This document shows, piece after piece, positions 1 to 14,103 of a stretch of 64,000 bases of DNA. The notes under the pieces are model-generated. The model had not been told where the DNA came from. It did no database searches and worked only from the letters and a program-made list of their open reading frames with translations. Both the position numbers and the translations under genes were made by a program. Every line of letters begins with the position of its first letter. Positions within the stretch are counted from its first letter, which is position 1. The stretch spans positions 279,744,001 through 279,808,000 of the forward strand of contig OZ024741.1 in NCBI GenBank assembly GCA_964016885.1. The letters are read 5' to 3'. This stretch comes from Eledone cirrhosa (lineage: Eukaryota).

Positions 1-49
1 AGAGAGAGAGAGTATTAAGAAAAAATAATGAATAATATGAAGTATTTCT

Positions 50-185
50 ACTGTTAGTGTAGTAGTATATGACATACAGTACTGCTACAGTTAGTGTAAT
101 AGTATATGATATATAGTACTGATTCAGTTAGTGTAGTAGTATATGACATAGTACTGATACAGTTAGTTTATGAAGTGTAGTAGTA
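50..185. repeat. Short tandem repeat, ~35-37 bp unit, ~4 degenerate copies
   Basis: Recurring agttagtgtagtagtatatgacatagtactgatac. Confidence 0.75.
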
Positions 186-778
186 AATTTCAGTAGACAG
201 GTCTTTTAGAATTTGTGCTAAGGTCTTCTGGAATTTTCCATAATTTTAGAATAACAATCCTTTGTTAAAACAACACCTTTATTGTCTACAGGTGTTTCTC
301 TTCTCATCTCTCAACCCCTTTTTTATACTTTGACAACATCTATCTACCACTAGCTCTCAGCTGAAGTCAGGCTTCCTTACAGGCTTCATTTTAACTCGTC
401 TGTCTTCTATATCCAAAATATGGCAGTAGCCAATATCGAACAACTATGATTTCTAAAACTATTGATCGATTCCAGCATAGTTGTAGCAAACACAGTGAGA
501 CAGATTAAGTTAGAGTGCCCCCCCCCCCCCCCCCCGCACATTCAGAGGTCATTTTATCTATTTATTTATTTATTATAAATTTTATTACTATTTTTGATAG
601 GGTGGAAAGGCAGTATGAAGACAGGCATTTGGTAAATAGCAAAGAAATTTATCGGTCAGTTGAAGTACACAGCCAATCTATCCAAGAGGCTTTAGAGAAT
701 ATAGTGTACTACAGTGGTCATCACAGCAGTGCTGAGTTCAAACACTTCTGGGCTTCTCATCAGACATTGTAAGACTCA

Positions 779-818
779 GGGTTAGGGTTAGGTTTAGGGT
801 TAAGGTTAGGGTTAGGGT
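779..818 (+). repeat. Interstitial telomere-like (TTAGGG)n, ~6 degenerate units
   Basis: gggttagggttaggtttagggttaaggttagggttagggt. Confidence 0.75.
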
Positions 819-1129
819 AGTGCTACACACAGTTTCTACATGTATTATTATTATTATTATTGTTTGTTTCTTTTACTGGTTTCAGACATTGAACTACAGC
901 TAAATGTGGGCACTGCTTTCAAATATTAAGTTGAGTGTACTGATTCCTGCCCCATACTTATTTTATCAATATCTATTTGTTGGACTGTTAAGTTATTGGA
1001 CATAAGGGACACAGCATAAGACCAGTGTAAATTGGGGTACCTATAAACATTATTTTGCTTTGATAGATATATGGTGTCAAATGAGTGCTTTATAATTATT
1101 ATTATAATTATTATTATTTATTTTGCATA

Positions 1130-2298
1130 GTAGTATTGGAGCTGTGATCACTCAGTTCGGAAAAGTAGCAGCTCTATCTGGAGCAACTCTCTGATCTCTT
1201 GAGCTACGCACTTTATTGAGTAACATTACTCTAAAGACCCTTCGGAGGAATCCCATTTTGGCCGCTTGTATTGACGATCATATTCTTTCAGTCATTACCC
1301 AAGATTCATGACCAGAAGTAAGGGTTAGCATGAATGTCAAATTGAAGGTAGAGAGTTTGGCTTTTACGCCTACCTACCTTCTTCTGATTACTGAATGCTG
1401 AAGCACATTACTCCTACAATTCCTGCACTTAATTCAGTCTCCTGCCTTGCATCACTCATAAACATGGTTCTGAGATACCTGCTTCAGTGGAACTCCATTT
1501 GTATGTAGAGTGCACTGCACAGGCTTCCTTTAGAGGATGAGTGTCTCAGTTTTTGCAGCACTTGGCATCAAACCTATTGAGTGCTAGTCGGAGATCACCT
1601 TCTGTCGAGTTAAGTAACACTATGTCTTCTGTAAATTCTAGCCAACTGATTTCACACCCACCTGTCATGCTACTATTTCCAATCTGGCTGCATATGTCAA
1701 TCCTGTTCATGTAAAAAATGAACAGGAGAGGTGACAGTGTGCACACTTGGTGGAGTCAGACTCCCACATTGAATGGTTTTGATTCAGCACCATTTATCCA
1801 AACACTAATACTTGGGCATTCGAATAGACATCAGGGCAGCAAGAAACTGACCATTGATCTACAGCAGATCCTGAGGAAAGCAGTCATATGTCTTTTCAAG
1901 GTCAACAAAACAAGAATATACCTCTTAGCAATACTTCCACGATTTCTCGAAGACCTGCAGCAGTGTGAATATTTGGTTGGTTGTGCTGTGTCCAGGGCAA
2001 AAACTGCACTGTTCATCAGCTAGCTGAGACTCAACAATCTCCCTGCATCTCTTTGCCAGACACTTAGCATACACTTTACTGGGGAGGCTTAACAAGAATC
2101 GCTGGACAGATTTTACTGGCAAAACCTACCAGCAGGAGACCCAGAAGTAGATCCCAAGCAAGATGGTTGGATAACATCTATGAGCTTGGCTGGTCTCACT
2201 TGAGGATCTAGCTGGATCAGTTGGAGATGGTTGCTTCTAACAGGATCTGCTGGAAGGAGTGTTTGAGGACCCTTTCAGGAATAAGTGGGTGAAGAAGA
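1130..2298. mobile_element. Decayed RTE-clade (Rex3/Expander-like) LINE with 5' inversion: body on minus (~1130-2092), 3' end on plus (~2093-2298)
   Basis: Minus-strand RT peptides LLSLPSKVYAKCL..EQCSFCPGHSTTNQIFTLLQVFEKSW and LSPLLFIFYMNRI..TEDIVLL. Plus-strand C-terminal peptide IAGQILLAKPTSRRPRSRSQARWLDNI. Many stops and frameshifts. Confidence 0.85.
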
Positions 2299-2544
2299 TT
2301 TACATTGCATGTTACTGATTACCAAACACAGCTCTGGGTGCCTTAGGTATGTTCTGTGTTACTTTTGGTGTTGTCATTTTTATTGTATTGAGAGTAATCT
2401 TCATACTTATGTGTGCAATGCTGTTTTCTGTATGCTGTATATATTTGTAAGTCCTGGAGTTTTACTTATATATCTGTTTGTATGTTTTTTTATCATTCCC
2501 TGAGCATCTATTATTATAGGAATTGTTTCTGTTTTCATCACTGT

Positions 2545-2675
2545 TCTAAGTTCAAATTCAGCTGAGGTTAGCTTTGTCTTTCATCCTTACGGAGTCGATA
2601 AAATAAAGTACCAGTAATGCACTGAGGTTGATTTAATCGACTTACCTCCTTTCAAATTGCTGGCCTTGTACCATT
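2545..2675 (+). mobile_element. tRNA-derived SINE family A (core ctttcatcct..gtcgataaaataaagtaccagt), partial
   Basis: B-box-like aagttcaaattc followed by the core shared by >15 copies in the window. Confidence 0.8.
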
Positions 2676-2819
2676 TTCTGTTATTACCCACATTTTACCC
2701 GCTTGCGCCATTCTGTACTGTCTTCAATGTTTTCTTTTTGTAAACCCTTTGTTGTTAATAAAGAAATCATTGTTATTATTAAACATTAATTTAGAGACAC
2801 ACATATTTGTTTATATATA

Positions 2820-2960
2820 GGTTGGGTTTCTGCATAGTTTCTGTCTACCAACTTCCACTTCCAAGGTTATGGAAAACACTTGCATAAAGTGCCACACAGT
2901 GAGATTGAACCTGGATAAACATAACTGTGAAGCTAACTTCTGAACCACACAGCCATGCTT
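2820..2960 (-). mobile_element. tRNA-derived SINE family B (related copies ~10585-10715, ~29105-29220, ~57640-57795, all minus)
   Basis: Minus strand reads gcatggctgtgtggtt..ggttcaatctcactgtgtggcac..caagtgt..ggtagacagaaact, shared across the four copies. Confidence 0.7.
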
Positions 2961-3132
2961 ATATCTGCTAATTAAAACAAAAGGTTATTAGGACGACTTG
3001 AACTTTCAACCCTTTGATTGAAAACCTAACATACTAACCAATTGCACCAGAGTCTATATCTGCCTCCACATATCTATACATGAGTGCATTAAGGGGCGTA
3101 GGAGATTATTTTAATATCATGTTTCCAAGAAG

Positions 3133-3552
3133 GGTGGTAGGTTGGCAGAGCCATTAGGACATTGGATAAATGCTTAACAGTATTTACTCCAGCTCTTTAC
3201 ATTTTGAGTTCAAATCCTGCCATGGTCAATGTTACTTTTTATCTTTTTGAGGTTGATTAAATAAAATAGCAGTGATGTACTGGGGTCAATATTATCAACT
3301 TTTCCTTCCCCTTAAAAAGTGCTGGCCTTGTGCCTAAATTAGAAACAAGTAAGGTAGTGGATGGGCAGAATTGGTAGAGCATCAGATAAAATGTCATTGC
3401 AGTATTTATTCTATCTCTTTACATTCTGAGTTCAAATCCTGCCAAGGTCAACTTTGTCTTTCATCCTTCTGGAGTTGATAAAATAAAGTACCAGTAAAGT
3501 ACTGAGGTTGATTTAATCAATTTTGCCCTTCTGGCTCTTGCCTAAATTAAAA
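3133..3552 (+). mobile_element. Two tandem family-A SINE copies
   Basis: A-box-like tggcagagccattag / gggcagaattggtag, B-box gagttcaaatcc, shared core and ctggccttgtgcctaaattagaaac tail. Confidence 0.85.
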
Positions 3553-4329
3553 ATTAATATCAAGTTTCCAAGAATTGTGATGTACTTTATTCTTGATGAA
3601 TGGATCCAATCGAGGGTCTTCTCACTCCTGTTGGAAGAACCCCTCCCTAGTTGACCTCCACCACTTTGTTTGATTCATGTCAGGGGTGTAGCCATACTCA
3701 CCCCACCTGGCTAATTATGGGTTGGTGAGGCTATTTAACCCATATTTAGGGTGGATAGCTGTTGACAATGAGTTAATCTACTCTTTTGACAGCTTATTTT
3801 GCTTGGGTTCCACTTACTCTTCTCACCAAACTAGGGTCTGGTGTGGGGGCCAGTTTAGTTGCTGACCACTTGATCACAGTTCTTTAGATATTTTGTATTT
3901 AATCTTTTAAAGAGTGAATAATAAATAGTAGCTCCAAGCTAGGTGTTTGTCTCTGTAACATATTTCAACCAATTGCCAAGGATTTTTTAATCAGCTTTAA
4001 CCCTTTTGATATCAAGTTTCCTGAAATCACAGCTGGTTCTATGATACAAAACTGTTTACTTTAAAGTGCTTATCATCATTGTTGTTTTTTCATTGACTTT
4101 TCAATGCTGGCATGGGCTGGGCAGGACTTTCTGAAGTAATGGTTTACAGCCTGATGCTCTTTTTGACACCAACCCATTTAGATGCTTCTTACAACGTGCA
4201 GGGATACAATGTACCTACTCTCTAAATATCTCTATATAGGAGATCAATAGGAGTAGGTATAACACTTATTTGTTACCAAATGCAAGGAAGCTCAATATAT
4301 TAATCACTTATGGAAATATGCAGAGCATA

Positions 4330-4618
4330 ATTTAATTTAGGTAAAAAACCAAAAGATTATTCTTCAAATCATTTTATTAATTTCTATGTTCACTTCAATT
4401 TAACAAAATGTAATTGTAAACATATTTGCAAATCATTTATATTTACCATTGGGGTCGATAAAATAAAGTACCAGTAATGTACTGGGTAATTGCTGGCCTT
4501 GTGCCAAATGTAGAAACAATTATTTATATTTACCATTGCATTTCATTAAATTGAAGTGGACATAGAAATTAATAAAATGATTTGAAGTATAATCTTTGGT
4601 TTTTTACCTAAATTAAAT
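4330..4618. repeat. AT-rich foldback palindrome interrupted by a 5'-truncated family-A SINE (4452-4521) with a 17-bp TSD
   Basis: Arms ~4330-4420 and ~4530-4618 are reverse complements. TSD atttatatttaccattg at 4435-4451 and 4522-4538. Confidence 0.85.
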
Positions 4619-4649
4619 ATATCTCTCTCTATATATCATCAACATTATC

Positions 4650-5775
4650 ATGACCACCATTTTACATATGCTTTTCCCATGATTATACAGGTCCTTTCTG
4701 TCACAGCATCCTTTCATTTGTTATGTTACTTCATCTCCACTGTGAGCCTCATTGATTTGAGATCAGCTCTCACTACTACTGCCAAGGTATTCCTCTACTG
4801 CAGTGAGCTTCCACTGGAATTTCCAGTCACTCAATGATTATCATTGATATACATTATATGTCCATACCAGCAGTCTTCTCTCATGCACAATACATTTGAT
4901 TCCTCTTATAAGTTTTTCTTTCAGTTCATCCATGATTATTAACATTGCTCAGCCATCGCAACATGCTTGCTTTATTTCTCTCTAGCCTTTGCATATCCTC
5001 TGTATTCACTGCCTATGTCCTACAACTATGCTCTATCCCACATCACACGGAAGCATTGTACAGCTGGCCTTTTGTTCATAGAAAGAAACCTTGTTGTTGT
5101 CAACAGAGGTAGTGGTTTCCTGAACTTTTCCTATCCTCTTTCATGCTTCCTGAAATTTGCCAAGACTACACCTGTTATTTCCCCTCCATACACACACATA
5201 CGTGTGGGTTTGTGTTTGTGCGCATATCATGACTCATACACTGTTCACTTTCCTGACATTTGTACATTATTCTATGTCCAATACATGCATCTTTGATGAG
5301 TTTAGTGCACTTGAGCATTGTACACAATAATGTTCATTATACTTTTTTTTTAAATTCGAGTCACTATGCTCTCAGAGCACCCTAGGCCATTGCTAATTAG
5401 ATCATCTAAGTTGTAGAAACCATTAAACATTTCCATGGTGCCTTCTTAGGATTGGAAAAGGTTGATTTTGTAGATGTTCTTACTACCAACTATCCATGTA
5501 CATCAACCACATACAAAGTCTATCTGCTATCTAACCATTTTTGTATCCAAGATTTACATTGTGTACATTGTATAGAATTTCTACTTACTCTTTTTCTACA
5601 TATCAAGCAAGGCCACTTCCCTTGATGGGACCAGCATCTTGTTTTCTTTGTTACTAAAACTTTGGTCTTTGCTAAATTTACTCTGAACCCTTTTAAATCT
5701 AATTTGTATTTCCATAACTGGAATTTCTTCTCAAGCTTGTCTGCAGACTCAACTATAAGAATCATGTCAGCATCA
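4650..5775 (-). mobile_element. Decayed RTE LINE fragments (PHD-bearing family)
   Basis: ORF 5520-5765 KGFRVNLAKTKVLV..WPCLICRKRVSRNSIQCTQCKSWI is homologous to the intact element at 17778. Confidence 0.8.
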
Positions 5776-6539
5776 GAAGTATATATCTTTATTTATATGT
5801 GCCATACCATGCACACTTAACTCCTGATAGAAACACAGGGCCACCATAGTGATATATAGAGTGTCCTAGCCATTTAAACCAAGTCTGAACGCAGTGATTT
5901 CTTCCAGAAAAATACTGAAAAAGAATCAATCCCAGTTTTGAACATTAAACTTGATGTTTTCCAGCTATTTAATCTGTAATATCAGTTTAAACAGAAAGAC
6001 AAAATAATAAAACGTTTCAATAAACACAAAATTATTTGAAAATTTAAGAAACAACAGAAAATACAATTAAAATGCCAAGAGTTTTATTACAAAATAAGAT
6101 TTGCAAATTTTATAAAAACATTGCCAACACCATTACTTTCATTTGTACAGATTTGAATTTATTTATTTTATTTATTTATTTATTTATTTATTCCATAACA
6201 AGAATGCAAACATGGAGAAAGCTGTTTCTATTAATATAACCCTTGATTTATTAAGGGTGGAGCTTCCAATCAGGCTCTGCCAATAGCTGGCAGTGTCATT
6301 GTCCACAGAATAAAGAATCTAGCAGATGCAGGTTAGATAGAGTGTAGGTAGGGTAAGGTGATTTGTCCTGAGCACCGTGAGAGAGAGAGAGAGAGCAAAA
6401 GGGGAAGGGAGGAAAAAAACCGAACAGTTCACTGAAACATTATCAAAATATGTTGACTAGTTTTCATTAATAGCCAATATACATTGTTAATTTCAACTAC
6501 ACCCAACAAGGTTTTCCTTGTTCTTGGCCACACACACAC

Positions 6540-6606
<67 letters not shown>

Positions 6607-7067
6607 TATATAAAATGTAAATAATTTAAACAGATTAAAATTGAGATTATCACGATTCCATTATGAATCAAATACATTTTTACATCATTCAAATAAGATT
6701 TCTCACCACCCCTACTTCACTAACAAAACACACCATTCAATGATAGTTGAAACACATATCATTCAAAAATAGTTGAAATTAATGAAATTCAACACTATAG
6801 ATAAAAGGAATATGACAGTTCAGTTATGTCTCATGATACACTGAACTAGTTATACTAAGTAGAAATTAGTATTTATACAAAATTTAAATCAAAACTAATA
6901 ATGTATATATGGACACATAACTCCTGATAGAGTCATAAGTGACATACAGCGTGTCTTGGGCCAACCTGGTGGAGCCGACCTTTGCTCTAGTTCTGAACAT
7001 AACCGATTTCTTCCATAGAAGGAGACAGATTGATAGAGATGAAGTAATAAAAAGATACAAAGGAAGA

Positions 7068-7232
7068 ATCGACCCCAGTACTGGACTGGTACTTATTTTA
7101 TCGACCTTGAAAGGATGAAAGGCAAAGTTGACCTCAGTGGAATTTGAATTCAGAGTGCAGAGAGCTGGAACGAATACCACAAATCATTCTATCCGATATC
7201 TGACATTCTAATAACTCTGCCAATTCACCACC
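7068..7232 (-). mobile_element. Family-A SINE
   Basis: Reverse complement of the core (ctggtacttattttatcgaccttgaaaggatgaaaggcaaagttgac) and B-box. Confidence 0.8.
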
Positions 7233-7762
7233 TACAATACTGCCAAGACAAAGAGAATGAGTACATTAGTTAAGAGTTTCAATCAGAACAAAGAAATATG
7301 CTGTAAAGTTTAGAGTGAACTGTCTATAGTGATAAGGTAGAAGTGGTTTTGTAAGCTAATTAACTGCTATGATAAACTTTCATTACAAGAAAGTAAGCAA
7401 CTGCTAAGCCTTCAAGAACAATGGCATAGTTCTTTATATAGAAAATTAACACTTGAAATAGCACCAGAGCCCAGACAAAACCTCTAAGGTTTGTCTTACC
7501 ATCTTTGTTATGAGTTTGAAAACAAATCACCTCATTTAAAATTCCTGATTAAAACAAACTAGAATTATAATAATTGTTTTAGCATTGAATATTTGGTCAA
7601 CAGCAGACAATAGCAGACTGCCGGGGAAAAAGCCTTGGCATTAATATGAAAATAACTCAAAGCAGATTCAGATCTCTTATCATAGGCAATATAAGAAATG
7701 GTACAACCAACAGATCATGTAATCTATTGGTTGTACACAAGAATAAATTCTATCAGCAGCCA

Positions 7763-7824
<62 letters not shown>

Positions 7825-7899
7825 AATATATATACATATATATATATATTTATATTAAAAAAAAAATGTATATTTGCAAGTCAGAATCCTGTCAAAAGT

Positions 7900-10800
7900 A
7901 ACACAAAATTTCTCCCAATTTTTTTTCATAATCCACTTTCAAGGTAGACAAGAATATAAAACTTTAACAACTCTCCTAAAAAATAATTTTAAGATATAAA
8001 AAAAAAGAAAAAAAAAAAAAAAAGAGAATAGTACAGAAATTAAACAAAACAGAAAAGAAGCATTCCCAAACAATCCTTTAATATCACTTTTACATTGCAT
8101 GGCAATGTAATATATAAAAATATGAGGAAACCTCAGAAAAAAAATGAGAGAGAAATGTTCTCAATGAAAAACGAATATTCATTTTTGAAGCCAATTTTTA
8201 TATATTTATTAGATTATTATTATTTATATGTATTTAAGTCGCTAACATAAACTATCTCAGTGAATGACAGAATTTAGATTCTACTTTTGTTTGTCTTATT
8301 ATTTTTAAATATATTCATAGAAAAGCAAACTCAGAGATGTTTATACTGTGAAACATTTTAATATTTACAAAATGTGAAACAGAACCATAGTAATGGTTAA
8401 ATTTCACAGAGTCAACTGAAATGGGGAAACTTGGAGCAAGACTTGGTTAGAGGCAGAGGTGGTTAACCCATTTTGTGACCTATTTTTCATGAAATCTACT
8501 GCCTGTGTGTTCAATTAATTTTGAAAATCAACTACTTGGAGGCATTTAGTAAAATAACTAAACCTTCCATTAATGAGCTCGTATTTTGAACTGATCTTAA
8601 CAGATAAATAAAAAATACGGCAAATTTTAATTTAAATATAAACACTTTAAAACGGGCAGTTTCTTTTTCTCATAGAACCAGAAGTGATTCTGGGTTGGTA
8701 TCTAGAGTGTTGAGGGTTAAATTTCAGAAACCTCTCCAAGTTATATTTATGCTAAAAACATTATTAAAATTTAAGTTTGACAGGATAATTAAATATGTTA
8801 GCTGAGACCCAAAAGTTAAAAAAAAAATAACAAATTGTTTTAAATGAAATGGCCAGGATATTAATGCAGACAAATGACAGCAGGATGCAATTTGCAGGGT
8901 ATTAAGATCAATGAGAGAACCAAATTAATACTTTATTACAATAATGCTCATGCAACAAAATGAATCCTAAAGGTAAAAAAAAAAATGCCCAAACAATTGA
9001 AGAACACTTTCAAAAACAAAATCACAATGCTTGCATAACTCTTCCTTGTGAAAATGATGGCTAGTGCACACTGCAAAAACACTTTAAGAAGGCAGCATTA
9101 GCATAACACTTTCATTATGTTAATATTAATTTGTCAAATATTTTAATAACAAAACTAATAATGTTACTAATAACAATTTGTAAATATCTTCAGAGCTATA
9201 ACTGAGATACCTACCAATAGAGGCAAAACTAGAAATAGAATCATTTAAAAAATATAAATACAACCAAGGTTTGAGATCTTAAAATAAGTATTGGAAAACA
9301 CTTAAAATGTGTATTAAAAAAAAAGTTGGAAACCTCTTCCATCAACCATATCTGCCTTTGTTTTAACTAATTAACTGATAGTTCTAGAATATTCCTGAAA
9401 GAAGGGTTTGTTTTATTGGGATACTAGAGTCAGAACAGTTAACAAGAACCTACGGAAGAAAAAGGACACTTTTTTCTTCATCAGTAAGATATTTACAAAC
9501 AAGAAACAATTGAAAAAGAAATTATCACAGCCCCGAAAAATACAAAAGAATCTGTAGTTGGCTCTACATAGTTAACATTTCAGAGAGAGAGGTGGAAGTA
9601 GGGAGAGAGAGAGAGATAAAGAGAGAGAGAAAATAGAGAATAATGCTTTCTGTTAGCAACGTTTTCTTTTCTCTCTTTTCACAATTGTGTTTTCCATGAC
9701 ATGTATGTATATCAAGTACATCCAAAATATAAGAAATCTCTGCTACCCCTCCTATATGACAGTCTTAGTTGTAGCAATGACAGCACTGTCACAACAAATA
9801 CCTTGGCTGCATTTTGGAGATAAACAGCTAGCGAACAAATATTCAAACTTTTGAATTGGAAATTTTCATTGAAGAAAAATAAATTATTATTATTATTATA
9901 TTATTATTATCTAAACCATTTAAAACATCCAATTTATAAATTGTTATAAATAAATAAACAAATATGGATTTTTCTATTAAAAGAAAATCATGTCAGTTGA
10001 TTTGTAATAATTCTTTAGCTTGCTGTAATTTTCTTCAATATTGTAAGGAAGGGAATTTTAGTGAAACAAAATATAATCTTGGTTGATCAGTATAAAATTT
10101 CAAAAGAATTATGATGCACATAAACAAAACTGATTGATATATATATTTTCTCTCCAGTTAAAAATGATCAGCAGGTATAATAAAAGATTAAAAAGTGAAA
10201 ACATCTCTCAGCAACACTAGGTAGAGGTTTTGCATATATATATATATATATAATATAAAAATAAACTAGTTTCTGACTGAATCAACAACAAAATCTAAAG
10301 GAAAAGGACATGCAAAGAAGGAGTGGGTTATATGTAGTGATTTCATTGGGCTGGATAGGGAAGAAACATATTTAAGTATTAAACTATATAGTCGGTTACT
10401 AGCAATGATTATCACCCATTTAAATGGATCTCCATCTGTGTCAATGATGAGTCTTCAGTTATCTATTCAACAAAATTATCTACTCATTGAATTAAATTGA
10501 CATGAAAGTAGCTGAGCATTCTCTAGATGTGTATGTACCATAATACAAAATCATCGGGACACAATGTGACAAAGTTGGACCAGCACAGTTTCTGTCAACT
10601 CAATTTAACTCACAAGTTTTGGGTCAATCTGAGGCCATAGAAACAGGGCAACAAGAAGCTACACCGTGGAATCAAATTCAGGACCTCATGATTGCTTAGC
10701 AAACCATTTGCCGTGCTGGTTCTAATCAAAAAAGCATTATTAGAATGAAAGAGAAAGTATAAAACTGAATTCAACTTCTAAGCCAGTTATTTTTGCAGCA

Positions 10801-13800
10801 TATTTTCAATGTTAGAAAATCAATAAAATGTAAGGCTGGTTAATAATAACTAGAGATATTTTATAAGAAACTGGTTTCCCATATAGTGTTTTAATGAGCT
10901 CCAGGACGGTGTCAGACAGGTGGGTGAATGGAGGTAGCTCATTAATAGTCATTCATTTATTTTTTTGAAAACCGTTTCACCTTTCAACATTCTAGACTTC
11001 ACAATCTGAATAACTGATCTTTGGTTATTTTGACAAAACTTCTTAAATATTCTTAATTGTAAGACATCTTAAGAAACACGGTATGCTGTTTAACACCAGA
11101 GCAACTCTAATCACTGAAAGCAATTTGACTGTCATTTTTAGCAGGTTGAACAACTAAAATTGGATTGCCTGGTTGCCTCATAGAAGAAGCATCTTATTTT
11201 AAAATGGATTACATATATATAAATAAGGAAAAAGAAAACAATTCTTGTGTGTATAAAAAAGAAGGAAATAATGAGCTGGGTTTTCTAATGATGGATACAA
11301 TTAGCTAAAAAATTATCTAAGTTATCAGTCATATGCTTAATCTGCCTATTATGGATGGCAGCAGATGTGGACATATTTCGGCTATGATGCTATGAAACTT
11401 AGACAGTTCATTATCAATGACACAAACCAATCTATTCCTTTTATTTATTTATAATAATAATAATAATAATAATCAGAAATGAGGTTACAGAAGAGAGAAG
11501 ACTTATGTAAATAGAGAAAACATGTTATAATGAGATTTTTTATTAGGAAAGATGTACTCAGAAAAACAAAACAAAAAAAGTTTTTTAAGCAACCAATTAT
11601 GTATAGAAATAATAATTAATGAGTTTATAGACAAAGGCAATACACTGTTATAAATACATAGAAAGCCTTCTTGTACATATTATACCATTAAGAACACACT
11701 CAAAATATATATAGAGAGATATCCTTGAGTTTTCTTATTTATTAAAGAAGAAAAGAAATACATAAGCTATGTTTCGGAGAGAGAGAAAAAGAAAGGGAGA
11801 GCGAGAAGAAAACAGCAGTTGATATTTTCAGTTGTCCTTTAAAGGTGTCTAAAAGAACAAAAAAAAGAGAGGTAAACTAAATAAAAGAATAAAACAGCAA
11901 TGAAAACTAGGCAAACTATAACTATATATATATAATTAATAACGACTGCTCACTTGGAATGTTCTGATACTACTGACTTATCAAAACTGTTTTGAGAGTT
12001 CAGTAAATCGATGAAACTTCTAAGTAAACAGTCACTAGTAATAATATATTATTTTGACTCTAAAAACAGTACGAGTCCTATATCCAGTGCATATTTAGTG
12101 TATTCATTACACAAACTTATAAAACAGGCATATATATATATATAATATATACACACGATTGCAATGCAGTTAAATGCTTTTTAAAGTAATTAATCACAAC
12201 TCATTGATTAAAAAGGTAAAACAATCAGTTAGGTAGATACCAATTGTATTAACAAGGGTAATAATAATAATAATAATAATAATAGTAACAATAAAAACAA
12301 ACTGTAACCACTGCAAGTGATATTAAAATATAAAAAAATACATTTGTTTTTGAAACAATAATAAGCATCACATGAACAATCAGTTTGAGAACGGCGGACG
12401 GTGTGAAGATGATAACTGAATCATCCTGCTGTTTAAAATTAGTTTAAAAACAAAAAAAAAAAAAAAACTAAATCAAGAAACAATACAAATGGTGGGTGAT
12501 GGGGGAGTGAAAGATGAGCACCGTAAAGTAAGTATAAATATGGAGTTAAGCGTGGACACCCACATATATATGTATATATGTATGTTGTTTGTTAAGTTAA
12601 TTGTATTATTTAGAACACAGAATGAAAACGTTAAAACAAAAATGACAAATTAATGTGGGAAAAAAAAAGAAAAACCGAAAAATAACGAAAAAATCTGGGG
12701 TAGATGAGAGGAATTATGGGAGAAGTGGAATGTTTGACATAACCAAAAGTTTATAGAAAAAAAATTTACTGTTGCCAAAAAAAATTTTTTAGGGAAAAAT
12801 AATTATACTACTCTTGGCTGTATTATCTGATATTTTATTCTCACATTTGATTTCTTTCTTTTTTTCTCTATTTTTTCTCTCACATTTTTTTTAAAATTAT
12901 AAATTTCCCCACAGCAGTTTTATCTGTTGATTATGGCAAAGTTTGGAATGTATCACAGGTGATTTATTAATACAATATACAACACGGAGGTTTTACTGAA
13001 ACTTGCATCTCTTTCCATTTCAATCATGATTCATGCATTTATTTAAAGATAACAATTACATCGCCTACGTGTAAAAGTTCTACACATTTATTGAAACAGT
13101 TATTTCAATATATGATTATGTACAAAAAAAAAAGAAAAAAAAAAGACAACTGTTTGTATATTCTATGATGTGTATGTGCAAATACAAATACATACATCAA
13201 TATATTTACAGGTGGAATTTAAAAAATAAATAAAAAGGAAGATTTTTATGTTACTAACTCCTAAAAAGAAAAGGGAAAAAAAAAAAAAATCTTTAAAATT
13301 GTAAATGAAAGTTGAAATTAATAATTATGTAAGTTAAATGTTAGAAAAAAAGGATGTGCAAAAAATGATAAAAAGTAGATACATACATGTGTACCCACAA
13401 ACATTTTAGACAAACATACATACGCCCACACGAATTTAGGCAGAAACACACACACACAAACACACATAACTATATGCTAGCTTTCATTGTTACACATGCA
13501 TACTATACGGTGAAGAACAGTTACATACATACACTTCACTCAGATAAGAGAAATCAAAGAAATTCTAATGTTAAATAAGGTTACTACAAGTGTTGTTAGT
13601 GGTGGAAAATATGGTAAAGCTAAGAGTAATAGTTTTTTGGGTCTTTTTTAAAACTACACTGTTAAATAAGTGTTAAAAGATGGATTGCAGTGGAACTAAA
13701 ACTTTACAGTGTAAAAATGATTATAATTGGGATTAAGTTTTACAGCTTGTCAGGCAAATCAATCATAACGATTATAATTATAATAATTGTTTATAAATAA

Positions 13801-14025
13801 TAACAACAAATGTAGTAATCAATATAGTGGGGTAAATAAAAGCAGTAGCAGCAGCAGCAGAAGTAGTAATAATAGAAATTGTCGTCATATGTTGTGGTGT
13901 TTAAAATTGTTGGACAAAATGGATGGATACTTGAGTGAAGAGAGAGAGAGAGAGAGAGAGCGCGAGAAGGTTGTCAGAAGCAACGAGGTGATACAGTTTC
14001 AGTAGAGCCAGAGGTCGTCTATCAA
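7900..14025 (-). other. Probable long 3' UTR of the host gene (distal isoform); end not determined
   Basis: Lies downstream of the stop at 14026. U-rich on the minus strand, relatively poor in LINE insertions, many possible AATAAA signals. Confidence 0.4.
8467..8716. mobile_element. piggyBac-like MITE
   Basis: TTAA-ccc ... ggg-TTAA termini; similar to the 44874-45104 element in opposite orientation. Confidence 0.6.
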
Positions 14026-14103
14026 TCAGCGTAGAGATTTCCTTCCACTCCTGCTCCCATGTCCAGTGCGAGGTAGCGTCCCATAGGTATTGGCCGCATG
14101 TTG
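14026..14103 (-). CDS. Host gene distal terminal coding exon, QHAANTYGTLPRTGHGSRSGRKSLR*
   Basis: Acceptor tttatttgcctctgcag|CAA, phase 0, GC-rich island in AT-rich DNA, TGA at 14028-14026. In frame with the upstream phase-0 donors. Confidence 0.75.
   Translation of the reverse strand, partial: QHAANTYGTLPRTGHGSRSGRKSLR

Noticed and set aside
3600-3880. GC-richer segment, possibly an exon or retroelement UTR
   Set aside because: No usable splice sites with an open frame, and no motif I can assign.
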